From the NCBI GenBank assembly GCA_040285825.1, contig JAUPSS010000004.1, positions 3,266,550 to 3,330,549 on the forward strand: a stretch of DNA of 64,000 nt. Reading direction: 5' to 3'. Below, piece by piece: positions 22,409 to 35,402 of this stretch (positions are counted from its first letter, which is position 1; each line of letters opens with the position of its first letter). The notes under the pieces are model-generated. The model had not been told where the DNA came from and searched no databases. It saw nothing but the letters and a program-made list of their open reading frames with translations. The DNA comes from Eukaryota sp. TZLM1-RC. Taxonomy: Eukaryota > Protista > Metamonada: BaSk clade. Both the position numbers and the translations under genes were made by a program.

Positions 22409-25099
22409 TTAATTAATGGCTTGAATAGCCACAATGATAACCCTCCTTCCTCTCTGAGGAAGAGTAATGTCCCTTCTTTGAAGGAGAACAGTCCACCGCC
22501 CTCGGTGAGTAATCCTCCACTTGCGGAGAGTAGTCCTTCCTTCGGGAAGAGTAATCCTCCAAAGGAGAGTGAGCTTTCCGCTGAGAAGAGCATTGCCTCT
22601 CAGAAAGAAAGCCACCTCCTCAATAAGGAGAGTGAACTTCGCACTGAGGAGAGCCCCACCTCCCAGAAAAGAAGTCACCTCCCTTATACGGAGAGAGGTA
22701 ACCACGTTGTTGATGTGTCAGAACTATACACATACCCCGACAACTCCTCGGAGCTCCTTCCTTGTAGGAAGAGTTTTTCTCACTCCGAGCGAGCAACGGA
22801 GATTCAAAGCGTTTGTTGTAAGTACCAAATCTGACGCTTGTACAGAAGGTGAAGGAGGTGAAGGCGAGCAACAGTCTACGACTGGCTCCTCACGTAAAAC
22901 TCCCTCCTCACCTACTTCTGACATCAGCTCAAGTGAGGAACCTCAAAGTGATTCCAGAGGATCTCTTAATCAGAACTACAGCAGGAGAGGGGATGAGAGC
23001 GATGATGAACCACCTCATACACCCAATCCTCCTAATCCAACTCCTAGTTTCCCATCTACGGAAAGGACTTCTCAGGGTCTTTACCGCAGGAAATTAGCAA
23101 AGGCAGTTGAGGCTGTAACTAGAGATTTCTTATTGGACCTCATCGCCAATCCTCCCGAAGATATACTGGATTGGAGTGATGACGAATTATTAAAAATGGC
23201 TGAGAATGAGTCAGAGCGTCTTGCGGGAGACGTAGACCCAGCCGAATGTGAGAAGGTGCGACGTGACTATTTAGCGAAACGTTGGCCCTTCCTCTTTGGG
23301 GAAGCCCACGGCAAAACACTTGACGACGTCGTCTACGAGAGTTATGATCAAAGTCCAAATCTTTTTAAAGAGATTGGATGATCTTACCGATTCGGCAGTC
23401 TCGTGTGGAATGAGTGCAGTCGAGGATTGCTATTTTAGCGCACCTCGATCAAAGTATCAAGCTGCTACTCCCAGGCCTGCCAAATGGCATAGGGATGCAA
23501 TTGATGACCACAAAATATATTTCAGTGGAAATCAAGAAGCTTACGACAGACTATTTTGGATAGCTAAAATGTATCCTCATAATCAACAAGGTAGAAACCT
23601 TAGAGGCGTCGTAAGGCATTTCCTAGTGGAGAATGTACACCCAAAAAGATTCCATTGCGGACATTCTTATTATGCTTGGGGGCAGATTCGATGAATCTCG
23701 AGGTGACACCCTTCAATTTCATACCAAAGAGTCCTATATTAGAGAAATAGGCACGAGGGTAATTGAATTGAAAGAGCAACGTGTTGGCCCCAACAAGTTA
23801 AAACTAGTATACCCTGATGCATGGATGGCTAAACTTAAGGCATGGGTTGATAGCTGGCCCGACCAAAATGTTTTTGAGAATGTCTTAATAAAGAGCAGTT
23901 GCCTTCCATATGATCATAAACTAGCAGGGGTCCCTAGAGGATCTAAAGATGCACCAGATTGGGTGGATTTAAGACCACCAGCCCAGACTGTACCTGTGCA
24001 GGAGGAACCTCCTAAGACAAGATTTATCATAAAGTTGGGCGAAACATTGCCTTCAGAAGAGAGGAATATGAACCTATATAGTACACCTTCTGTAGGGCCT
24101 CTGGCATCTAGGAGAGCTTCTTGTGAAGCAACTCCTACACAAGCATCTGTTATAAAATCATCTATACCCACGCAACCCCTAGGAACGAATGCTCCTAGAG
24201 ATTCTCTCGTCGACACCCTCGGTCTTTATAGAACTCCTGTAACAGACGAGAAGAAATTGAGGAAAAGAATAGACGACAAACTGAGATGCCTAGTTAAGTT
24301 AAATGAAGCGTTTGACGCCAAGAAGATCTTCGACTTCGTTCTTAACTTTGGCAATTGGGCTAAAACAGTTAGGGATCGCGATGGACCCACCAGATATTTG
24401 CTACTCAGCACCCAGTACAAATACCCTACCGATGTTGAGAAGGCTTTAAGGTCTGTAAGACCACCTGAGATCAGTCGCAAAATGTCTGCTGAATCTTCAT
24501 GGACAGCCTTCATAGAGCAGATCATATATATAATTCGACGCTCTACAATTATGCCCGGAACGGATGGTAATCCGTCTGTCGTCTACCCAGCAAAGAGATT
24601 TCTCGAAACTATTAACGACAAAACAAACAATCAATTGATGGACACATATATCATTTGGATTGGTAAGTTTGATTCGAGTAACGAGAAACTGGGCGATGCG
24701 ATTTACGATTTAGGTAACGCATTTGTTAACAAGGTCAATAGCCTTGAATCCTCGATCAAAGACATGAATTTGATTAGAACAGCTTTTGGTGCTCACGCTC
24801 CTGCGCAAAAAGGACGAAGCCAGTCAAAAGGTCCTTTTAAGAACCCTAGAGTAAGCAGTCGACCCATCCCTTCAGAGCAATGGTGTAACTTATGTAAAAC
24901 CAATAAACATCCTGAAGAGAAATGTTTTAAATTAGTGGGAAGACCGGGTTCAAAAAAGCGTCAAGGAGGTGAAAGACGTGATAGAAAACGTAAAAGTAGT
25001 AGTAATAAATCAGATGATTATACATCTTTAAACAATAACCTTACAAATAATTCAATCAATTCCATTTATATAATGAGCAAAACTTTTTTTTTAAACTAA
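22394..25099 (+). CDS. gag: Gag region: four staggered ORFs (22394, 22521, 23296, 23633), the last with a CCHC zinc knuckle
   Basis: CNLCKTNKHPEEKC (CX2CX4HX4C); each ORF is +1 relative to the previous one. Confidence 0.7.
22430..22700 (+). repeat. Degenerate ~21-bp tandem repeat including a ~63-bp duplication
   Basis: Recurrent GAGTAATCCTCC/GAGAGT units; translates as ~7-aa repeats (KSNPP.., ESEL..E, ..SQK). Confidence 0.7.
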
Positions 25100-26111
25100 A
25101 ACTTTTTATTCAACAACAAATATGAAATACACAATTAAAACTCCACATCCTCAAAACCTGCCTCCCCTACATCAAAACAATTAATCGCTAAAGATTCAGA
25201 AAATTTCCCAAAAGAAGATAGTGAATCAGAAATTAGTGTTACCATTCCCTTAAAAATAGAAAATACAATCCTGTTTTGCCAGTAAACACGATTGAAAATT
25301 CTTCCAGTTCTTTCCTTTACAACTACAACAAAATCCTCAAGGAAAGCCATAGCAGCCTTACCTAGAGATCCAAGCAAAGAAAAAACAAATGGACATAAAT
25401 TATATTGGGCATGAGAATTTTCATTAACCGAGGAAATGGGTTTCGCATATTTAGCAATTTTATATTTTTCGCCTGCAAGAAGAGGATTATTTACATCCGA
25501 GTTAATGAAATGTTCGTTAGAGGAATTACAAGGGTCAATAGACATGGCGTCCAAAATAGTAAAACTACCATTTAAACCAGGAACAACTAGATCACCTCTA
25601 GTCAGACCCATAGAAGCTCTGTTGTAACGCATACTATCAATATTGGGATCATCAAGAATTAATTTTGATAACAGCGGTTCTAAAAAGGAATCTACACGAT
25701 ATGATTTGCACATTACATAAATTTGGTCCCTGACGTTATTATGCACTTTGCTTCTAAACGTAATGAAATGTTTACAGTTCAAAAGATGAGTAAACAAAAG
25801 AGGTTTACCACATTTACAAGTTAAATGATTGGGCAAATTGTTTGGCCACAGAAAACAACGAAAACGCATGTTTAGAAGCCATTCATTGTCTTTTAACAAA
25901 AGTCCATAAACAGAGGGAACTTGAGTTACTAAAGCAGCAGCTGAACCATCACGAATATCCTTTAAAAAATTACCGAAAGCGGGATTTTTAGTTTTGGCCA
26001 AGCCAAGTCTTACTTCATAATCCAAAAAACTTGACAACGGTGGGACTCGAACCCACGCGGGGTCCCACTGCCGCCTTATGACAGCGCCTTAGACCACTCG
26101 GCCACGTTGCC
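25084..26111 (-). mobile_element. tRNA-headed RLE non-LTR retrocopy (family D) nested in the Gypsy element
   Basis: tRNA 26111-26032, RLE ORF to 25135, A9 tail 25092-25084, target duplication ATGAGCAAAAC (25073-25083 and 26132-26142, with an extra copy at 26116-26126). Confidence 0.88.
26032..26111 (-). tRNA. tRNA-Leu(AAG)-like sequence, probably a retrocopy
   Basis: Acceptor stem GGCAACG/CGTTGTC; A box TGGCCGAGTGG; anticodon stem CTGTC/GGCAG with loop ATAAGGC; variable arm; T arm GTGGG-TTCGAGT-CCCAC; no CCA. Confidence 0.88.
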
Positions 26112-26131
26112 CATCATGAGCAAAACCCATC

Positions 26132-29100
26132 ATGAGCAAAACAGATTCGAATTATAATCACCTAAATCCATTAAAAAGATTTAGAGAGTCATCCAATCCT
26201 GTGGGTTCTATCCACAGTGTTAGACTATCCAGGGTAGCAGAGGACCAAGAAAGTTCTAACGGGGAACTTTGGTTAACCTGCACCATAAATAACGTGGAAG
26301 TACAAGGCGAAATTGATAATGGAGCTGCATTTTCAGCATTATCAATGGATTTAGCCTCTAAATGTAATATGACAGTTAATGACAATAAGACTGTCGAATA
26401 CTTATCGGCAAATGGTATTCGCTCCACGACCCTGGGATGTGCAAATGGTGTTCTTGCTCTAAATGTGGGTAGCTTGGCCACTCAAGTGTTTTTAAGGATC
26501 GAATTCCAGATCATTCCTGGTACCAATAATTTTTTGATCGGAAGAGACTTATTACAAACCTTGGGGCTACGCACGGAGCACGGTTTTAATATTAATTTGG
26601 ATCGCGAACATCGCACCATCTTAAATGCTGAATGTGAGTTCGATAATAGAATTTGTCAACCAATTAGATTCATTGAACAATTGAGTAATAAATCAGACTT
26701 AGGTAATGATTTTGGGCATTCCACATTTAGACATGAGTTAGATGAGTTGGGCTGTAGAATATGCCTGGATGACATTAGGGACGAGGAACGCCTAGTCGTG
26801 CTACTCGAAAAATATAGAAATGTATTTAGTGGGCTACCTCACCCGGATGGAATTGATTGTCAGCCGATGACCATTCCATTTTATGACGAAAGTAAGGTCG
26901 TCAAAAGGAAACCTCGAAGATTAAACCCAGAAAAACAACGGGTAGCCGAGGAAATTTTTAACGAATTGATCCGTAATGGATTTGCTGTGCCCGCAAAGTC
27001 TCAATTCAGTAGTCCCATCTGTCTTGTGATTTACCCTGATCACAGGAAACCACGATTAACTGGCGATTTTAGTGGTATTGGTGGAGTAAATGATTTAACT
27101 AAACCTGTAGAGCCAAATTTGCCCAGGATTAGCGACATTTTAGAGTTTCTAAGTAAAGCTAATTATATAGCAACTCTAGATTTACCTAAGGCATTTTGGC
27201 AGCTCAAAATTGCAGAAGAGGATATTGATAAAACTACCGTATCAATTCCCGGGATGTCGATCAGTTTTAAAAGGGCTTGTTTTGGTTTGAAGAACGTTCC
27301 TGCAGTCTTCCAAAACATGATGATGGAAATATTTGATTCTGAGGGCGTATTTATTTATATCGATGATATAATAATAGTAGCTTCGACCCTGGATGAATTT
27401 CTATCTAGAGTAGGTACGGTCCTAGAACGCGCCAAACGTTTTAGAGTTAACCTTGGCCTACCCAAGTGTAGCTTTACCACTTGCAAACATGAAATAAAAA
27501 TTCTAGGTAGTATTTTTATAAACAAAACCCGTTATATAGATGAGTCTAGGATTGAGGGACTGATCAACCTACCCAAACCCAGGACATTACCTGAAGTTAG
27601 GAGTTTTATAGGTTCGATTAATTATATACGTGACTGGTTGCCAAACTTGTCTGATTGGATAGAACCAATCAACAAATTAACCAGAAACAAACCGTCAAAG
27701 ATCAAGTGGACTTCTGATCATGACGAGGCTTTTGGTAAGATTATAAATCTTATCAAAGCAAATATCCCTCTTGAATTGCCCTCAGAAGACAAGCATATTT
27801 TAATAAGTGCTGATGCGTCTGATGTGGCTGTAGGTGGAGTAATATGGCAAGAAGCTAACCCACCTAAAGATCCTACGACACCGCTAATTAAGAGAAAGGT
27901 TGTACCTATTGCCTTCTTTAGCAGATTATTATCAACTTCACAAAAGAATTGGTCTGTACTTCAGAAAGAGTTGTATGCAATTTTACTAATTCTCACTGAC
28001 AGTAGTTTAGAAAATTATTTAATTTCGAGGAAATTAACTATTTTCACTGATCATAGAAATTTAGCATACCTTATATCAGCTCCTGAAAAGAACAGAATTG
28101 TGAAGAGGTGGCTACCAATATTGTCAGAATTCAATTTTGATGTAGTCCACACGGCAGGCGAGGAGAATTATTGGGCAGACATGTTGTCTAGATTGGTTGA
28201 TACCAAACCCAAAACCCCTCGAGTCCAACAAGTGAGAAACTTGGCATCTCACAGAGTTGAAGAACAATTACCCTATTTAAATTTATTAACTAGAGTTAAT
28301 TTGTTAAGGGATGATATTACTCAACCGTCCACAATTGAGCTACCCACGATCAATAGCTTATCTGCACTGAAAGAAGCAGTTGAAGATACTAAATTTGATT
28401 TATTTGACACTTGGATCTCAAAGATTAGGCAAGAACAACTTATAGATGTTGATTCAAATCCTGATTATTATAAAGATTACAATTATAATTCAGATATTCA
28501 ATTGTATACCAACAATCGTGGGAAGATTGTTATCCCAGATAGTTTAAAGAAGCAGACTTTAACTATCATTCATGGACATGCAAATGTTGGCCATCCTAGT
28601 GTGACGACTAGCGTAAAGAAATTACTCAATAGTGATTACTTTTGGCCCGACATGCGCAAAGACATGATTAATCATATTAAGAGATGCCCAGCATGTCAAA
28701 AGACGGCACACGTGCCTAAAAATGTCATTGAATCATCTGGCTCTCTTTGGGCTGATCGACCTTTTGCACGATTAAACGCAGATACTATTGGACCATTACA
28801 ACAAGATGATAATGGATTCAAATATTTAATAGTTTTCGTAGATTCGTTCACTAGGTATACGATCCTTTGCCCTGTAAAGGAATTGAATGCAGTGGAGGCA
28901 ACCAATCACCTCCTATGGAGTGTAGTATCAATTTTTGGTATCCCACTGTTGATTCATAGTGACAATGGTATTGAATTTGCAAATGCCATATTCAAAGGGT
29001 TATGCGATTTATTAAACATTGAAGTAAGTCGTTCACTAACTAGCTTTTCACAAAGCAATGGATTAGTAGAAAGACGACACAGAGACATCTTACAAAGTCT

Positions 29101-29914
29101 AAGAAAGATTTTGGTGGACTCTGGCGATTATAGCAATTGGAGTGAATATATCCCAATTGTACAACTTCAAATCAATTCAACTATTAGTAGAGTTACTGGT
29201 CATTCGCCCTACAATTTAATGTTTGGTAGCGACCACAGCCCTAGAGCTGATCCTAGTAATATGTTTGAATTAATAAAATCAGCTAATGTTAATATTCCCT
29301 TTGTTAAAGATCTTGAAGCAAAACTTGAAAGGATTTCAAAGAAGAGAGAAGAGGCAGAGCTCAGGCAAGCTCAACAACTGCCTGAAGTTAACAAACATAG
29401 GAACCCTTTTGATAAAGGTGACTTAGTTTTGCGATTAAAGACTAATGGTAAACTCCATGGTTGCTTCGCTGGCCCTTTTCTCGTTGAAGAAGTTAAATCC
29501 AATAAAAGTTTACTACTCAAGAATCTTGTCACTGGTTCGATGTCTACGGCAAGTATAAATCATTGTAAACTATACCTTTCAGACTTCCCTAAAGAAGATC
29601 TTGATTGGCATAAGAATATTGCTGCTGGCGATATGGAAGAATCTGTAATCGTTAAAATTATAGATCACTTTGATTACGTAGATTCGAACAATAATAAAGT
29701 TCCTTATTGTACCGCAGTTTGGTATGGCGGCGAGACTTCGTCTGTCCCAGTTGCTGACGTCAAAAGCACTGAGGCATATCAAACATATTTGCGCTCTATT
29801 AGTCCTCACACTACCAGGAAACGGAAGGTATCTTCTAATTCCAAATCTAAGACTAATTCCCCTGCAGTCAGTAATCGTAGCTCTCGTTCGAGATCTAAGA
29901 GAGGGAAAAGGTAG
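26132..29914 (+). CDS. pol: Gypsy Pol: protease, RT, RNase H, integrase, possible chromo-like tail
   Basis: EIDNGA, LDLPKAFWQ, FGLKN, YIDD, DAS, TDH, H..H..C..C, HSDNG.EF, NGLVER, GPF motifs; uninterrupted 1260 aa. Confidence 0.96.
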   Translation: MSKTDSNYNHLNPLKRFRESSNPVGSIHSVRLSRVAEDQESSNGELWLTCTINNVEVQGEIDNGAAFSALSMDLASKCNMTVNDNKTVEYLSANGIRSTTLGCANGVLALNVGSLATQVFLRIEFQIIPGTNNFLIGRDLLQTLGLRTEHGFNINLDREHRTILNAECEFDNRICQPIRFIEQLSNKSDLGNDFGHSTFRHELDELGCRICLDDIRDEERLVVLLEKYRNVFSGLPHPDGIDCQPMTIPFYDESKVVKRKPRRLNPEKQRVAEEIFNELIRNGFAVPAKSQFSSPICLVIYPDHRKPRLTGDFSGIGGVNDLTKPVEPNLPRISDILEFLSKANYIATLDLPKAFWQLKIAEEDIDKTTVSIPGMSISFKRACFGLKNVPAVFQNMMMEIFDSEGVFIYIDDIIIVASTLDEFLSRVGTVLERAKRFRVNLGLPKCSFTTCKHEIKILGSIFINKTRYIDESRIEGLINLPKPRTLPEVRSFIGSINYIRDWLPNLSDWIEPINKLTRNKPSKIKWTSDHDEAFGKIINLIKANIPLELPSEDKHILISADASDVAVGGVIWQEANPPKDPTTPLIKRKVVPIAFFSRLLSTSQKNWSVLQKELYAILLILTDSSLENYLISRKLTIFTDHRNLAYLISAPEKNRIVKRWLPILSEFNFDVVHTAGEENYWADMLSRLVDTKPKTPRVQQVRNLASHRVEEQLPYLNLLTRVNLLRDDITQPSTIELPTINSLSALKEAVEDTKFDLFDTWISKIRQEQLIDVDSNPDYYKDYNYNSDIQLYTNNRGKIVIPDSLKKQTLTIIHGHANVGHPSVTTSVKKLLNSDYFWPDMRKDMINHIKRCPACQKTAHVPKNVIESSGSLWADRPFARLNADTIGPLQQDDNGFKYLIVFVDSFTRYTILCPVKELNAVEATNHLLWSVVSIFGIPLLIHSDNGIEFANAIFKGLCDLLNIEVSRSLTSFSQSNGLVERRHRDILQSLRKILVDSGDYSNWSEYIPIVQLQINSTISRVTGHSPYNLMFGSDHSPRADPSNMFELIKSANVNIPFVKDLEAKLERISKKREEAELRQAQQLPEVNKHRNPFDKGDLVLRLKTNGKLHGCFAGPFLVEEVKSNKSLLLKNLVTGSMSTASINHCKLYLSDFPKEDLDWHKNIAAGDMEESVIVKIIDHFDYVDSNNNKVPYCTAVWYGGETSSVPVADVKSTEAYQTYLRSISPHTTRKRKVSSNSKSKTNSPAVSNRSSRSRSKRGKR
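29897..29914 (+). other. Polypurine tract
   Basis: AAGAGAGGGAAAAGGTAG abuts the 3' LTR and contains the pol stop codon. Confidence 0.85.
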
Positions 29915-30047
29915 TGTTGTACTGTGGACAATTAGTCTAGTACATTTATATTTATATAACATAGTTCACTAGTGATGGCCTTTATAAGGGCCGGTGAAAT
30001 TCTAATAAATTATTCCTTATTCTTGTTATCATATGGATAGAGCATCA
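29915..30047 (+). repeat. 3' LTR
   Basis: Identical by eye to the 5' LTR. Confidence 0.95.
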
Positions 30048-30051
30048 TCTT

Positions 30052-30897
30052 ATTTCTTTTATTGATTTAGTAATTTCGACTTTGGCAAGGATACAAGAAA
30101 ATATCAGTCAAGAAGTTTTACTCAATTACAAGAACTTCATATGCTATTTGCATAATAGTGATGATTGTAATTTTATTGGGTATTTTAATGAAGAAATTGA
30201 ACTGCTTTTGGATCAGCTGTTCACGCAACGTCAATCAATTGCCCTTTGTAGAGCATTGATTCTGGACAAGCAGCTAGTTGGTGACTTTCTTCCTGATAAT
30301 AAACTTGATGTTGAAATTGATGATGACTGTCAAAACTTTGTCCTTCCTGATGAGATGGTGTTTGAAGCGGAAGAAACAGATAGCGACTGGTCTGATAGCT
30401 ATTTGTGTCGTTCCTTCACACCAGCTCAGTTATCCACACAGCATGCAGAAGAAGAAATGGAGTCTGAAAGGGAAAATGAAGCAGATTTGGTGAAGTTGAA
30501 TGAATCTAATGTGTTTGAAAATTATATTGGAGAAATTGAGGATGTTTTGGGTGAATTTAAGACTGCCGTTGGTATGATTGTTACGTTTACATCAATACTT
30601 TTATCCAATGATGCAGAACAGCATTGTATTCAGGAAATGAGGAGCTCTATGAAGCAGCATTGTCATTATGTCGATCCTTACATTTTCGCCATTCTCTGTA
30701 AAGAAATCAGTTATGAATTCAATGGAGAAGTTTGTTTTTCCGAATCTGCCATAAAAGCTTTACAAGAGTCTGCTGAAACTTACTTGGTTGAGCTCTTTGA
30801 GGAGGCAAATTCTCGAGCTGTTGGTGCTCATCGGGATTGTGTAGAACAGCGGGATTTGGCAAAAGCGCAACGTTTCAAAGTCGATTCTTCATTATGA
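30052..30897 (+). pseudogene. 3' part of the interrupted gene, with C-terminal histone H3-like fold
   Basis: FAILCKEISYEFNGEVCFSESAIKALQESAETYLVELFEEAN..A..R..V..RDL..A.R aligns with H3 [41 protein letters not shown]. Confidence 0.8.
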
Positions 30898-31435
30898 TTA
30901 TTGTGGCAGTGGACAACAGCTGCAATAACTTAAGGTAAATAAAATATAATAACAAAATTAAATTATATTGTTTATATTAAGTGTTTTGCTTTGTACCTGT
31001 TCTTTGACTGAACTTTAATCAGAACTTTTCAACAATTCACTTTTGTTGCCCATGATATAACAGTTGATCCCTATTCTACCACCAAAAGTTGAACCAAAAT
31101 ATCTTTCTATGATTAAAGTTATAAATTTAGCACAAATATCTGAAACACATATAAGTTATTGGTCATCTTAAGGAACAATTTATTGTGATTTTTATTTACA
31201 ATAAAAGAAACCAAAACCCACAAAACAGTGCTTCTAAATGGAATGTGATTATTTAAATGTTGGGTTATCACCAAAGTTATTAAGTTTCTTGTGATTTACA
31301 ACTCTTGCATCATTCTCAGTGATTAATAGAGACCGCTGATCTGATGAATTCAAAGACTTAGATAGATACGTATTCCTCTTCCACCATGGTGGTAGAGAAC
31401 CTTACAAAAAAGTTTTCCTATTGTCAATATCAATA

Positions 31436-31720
31436 CTCTTTTTGGCAATATTGGACCTTCAGGGTTGCACTTTTTTGAAGATTTTAAAAAAGTGTTACTG
31501 AATAGGTCTGGTAAAACAATGAACTCCACTTTCTGGTTAAATAGAATTGTTTTTTGCATTTTCAAGTCTATTCCTACAATGATTTCAAAGGCACTTCTAG
31601 CTATCGGTGTAGAATATGAACGTAATGCTGTGAGTAGGTTCAGTAATAGTGACGCTTGTTTGGAGGATATTGAATTCTAGATGGTTATTTTTATCTCAAT
31701 AAATATTAGTTCTGAAAAAA
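31436..31720 (+). mobile_element. Family A LINE 3' fragment
   Basis: Matches the family A C-terminus (..EDIEF) and 3' UTR. Confidence 0.85.
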
Positions 31721-31994
31721 AATTGTCAATAGATTTTAAAAAACATGGTTTTATTGTAATGAAAAACTTTTTTTGTCAAATGAAAAAACAGGTGCTATCC
31801 AAACACTAATACATCCATGGCCATTAAATGACAAAGTTCAATCTAAAACAATGAAAATTGAAACAAGTCTCAAAAACAAATTAACATTAACCAATAAAAC
31901 AACCACTATAAAAACAAAGACTGTCATGTAGTATCAATATTAAATAATGATTAGCAATTGATTGATATACTTAATAAATTACAAATCATTACAA

Positions 31995-33943
<1,949 letters not shown>

Positions 33944-34271
33944 CGAAGTTGCAGGCAAGGCCTGGAATTGTTGATAATTTGAGTGACTTCATAATCATAT
34001 CGTTTACTCAACTTTTGTTTACCCTACGTGTTCATAATGAGATGGAAAGCTGTTGTGGAATTGGACTGAAGTAGGTGTGAATACTTCCTCAATAATTGGA
34101 TGCAATAGTGAGTAAATTATATAAACTTTATTGTTTAATAAAGATTGATATTTGAACACTTCTTTGCCGTTTTGTCTGGGCAGAATGTGTGGAGTGTTTA
34201 ATTCCTACATAAATTGAATGATTAATAGAAATTTATCTAATTAATCTACAATCTTATCAAATTGTTAGACA

Positions 34272-34826
34272 ATGGCTTCACTTAAAGGAATCAAGGCAGC
34301 AGCACCAAACCCTCGGGGAATCCCTTCCATGTTCTTCATCGAGTCACTCGATCAATTTCTTGCATCTGAAACACCTGAAAACGCCATTCAACAATTTCAT
34401 GACAATTATAGTAGATACAAGTTGCTTGAACAACGTCTCACTACTAGCATAAACTCTCTCAATTCTCGCATTCCTGAGATCGAGAAGAACTTGGCCACTA
34501 TTGATACATTAGAATCCAAAAAGGATGAACAATCATCTCTTCAAGTGGAATATCAACTCTCCGACAATGTTTCTGCAGCCGCTGATGTCGATCTAAGCAA
34601 CAACAAGGTCTGTCTCTGGTTGGGAGCTGATGTTATGGTGGAGTATTCATATGAAGAAGCCAAGAAACTTCTCACCGAAAACCTGACAGCTGCCAAGGCC
34701 AATCTTGAACGTGCCATTGAAGATCTAGATTTTGTTCGTTCTCAAATCACCATTACCGAAGTCAATACCTCCCGTGTGTTCAACTATGATGTTCGTCGTA
34801 GAAGGGAGGCTGAAGCCACCAAGTAG
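34272..34826 (+). CDS. VBP1: Prefoldin subunit 3
   Basis: NPRGIP, KVCLWLGADVMVEY, QITITEVN.SRVFNYDV motifs. Confidence 0.93.
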   Translation: MASLKGIKAAAPNPRGIPSMFFIESLDQFLASETPENAIQQFHDNYSRYKLLEQRLTTSINSLNSRIPEIEKNLATIDTLESKKDEQSSLQVEYQLSDNVSAAADVDLSNNKVCLWLGADVMVEYSYEEAKKLLTENLTAAKANLERAIEDLDFVRSQITITEVNTSRVFNYDVRRRREAEATK

Positions 34827-35147
34827 TGTCTGTTTTATATAATAAATCATTTTGATTAATAGATTCGCTGGGTTAGTTCCAATCACTATTCAAGTGTAGA
34901 TATCATAAAATTTATATAAATAGTTCAATATATACACTAATACACATTCAGAATTAGAGCAGCAAGATCTAAACCATTTTGTTTACACAATCCAGCAAGA
35001 CGGTTCTTTAGCTACATTTCAATGGTCAGTCGATGGATGTGAGTTCAAGTCTAAGGTAGAGCCACACTCGTTGCCCTCAAAGCACGTCAACAAGAATTGT
35101 ATTTTTCATTATTGTTCAGACCAATTTCAATTTCAATTTCAGGTTTT

Positions 35148-35200
35148 CAATGATAGTCGTCCCATTAGTTATGAGTTATAAGTGTGCAAATTCAATAAAT
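35148..35200 (+). repeat. Family B LINE 3' UTR remnant
   Basis: TGATAGTCGTCCCATTAGTTATGAG..AAGTGTGCAAATTCAATAAAT shared with other family B copies. Confidence 0.75.
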
Positions 35201-35214
35201 AAAATTATTTCAGG

Positions 35215-35335
35215 TTTTTTTTTTAAAAACTGGAATATTTATTGAGATAAAAATAACCATCTAGAATTCAATATCCTCCAAACAAGCGTCACTATTACTG
35301 AACCTACTCACAGCATTACGTTCATATTCTACACC
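35215..35335 (-). mobile_element. Very short family A LINE insertion
   Basis: Last ~25 codons plus UTR and poly(A); target duplication TTTCAGGTTTTT at 35208-35219 and 35336-35347. Confidence 0.88.
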
Positions 35336-35402
35336 TTTCAGGTTTTTGGGATATTTTTTTCTAGATTTTTTTATTTCAATTTCTTCAATTTCATGATCGT
35401 TG

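Larger units (their letters stand above)
22276..30047 (+). mobile_element. Full-length Ty3/Gypsy LTR retrotransposon
   Basis: Two 133-bp TG...CA LTRs; 4-bp target duplication TCTT (22272-22275 and 30048-30051); PPT; PR-RT-RH-IN domain order. Confidence 0.97.

Noticed and set aside
22430-22700. CRISPR-like array
   Set aside because: Degenerate tandem units without unique spacers, inside a retrotransposon.
22818-22848. GTAAGT..CTGAC..CAG intron that might join gag ORF1 to ORF2
   Set aside because: The CAG acceptor creates a TAA, and the 3' end lacks the YTMA(-7) pattern seen in the host introns.
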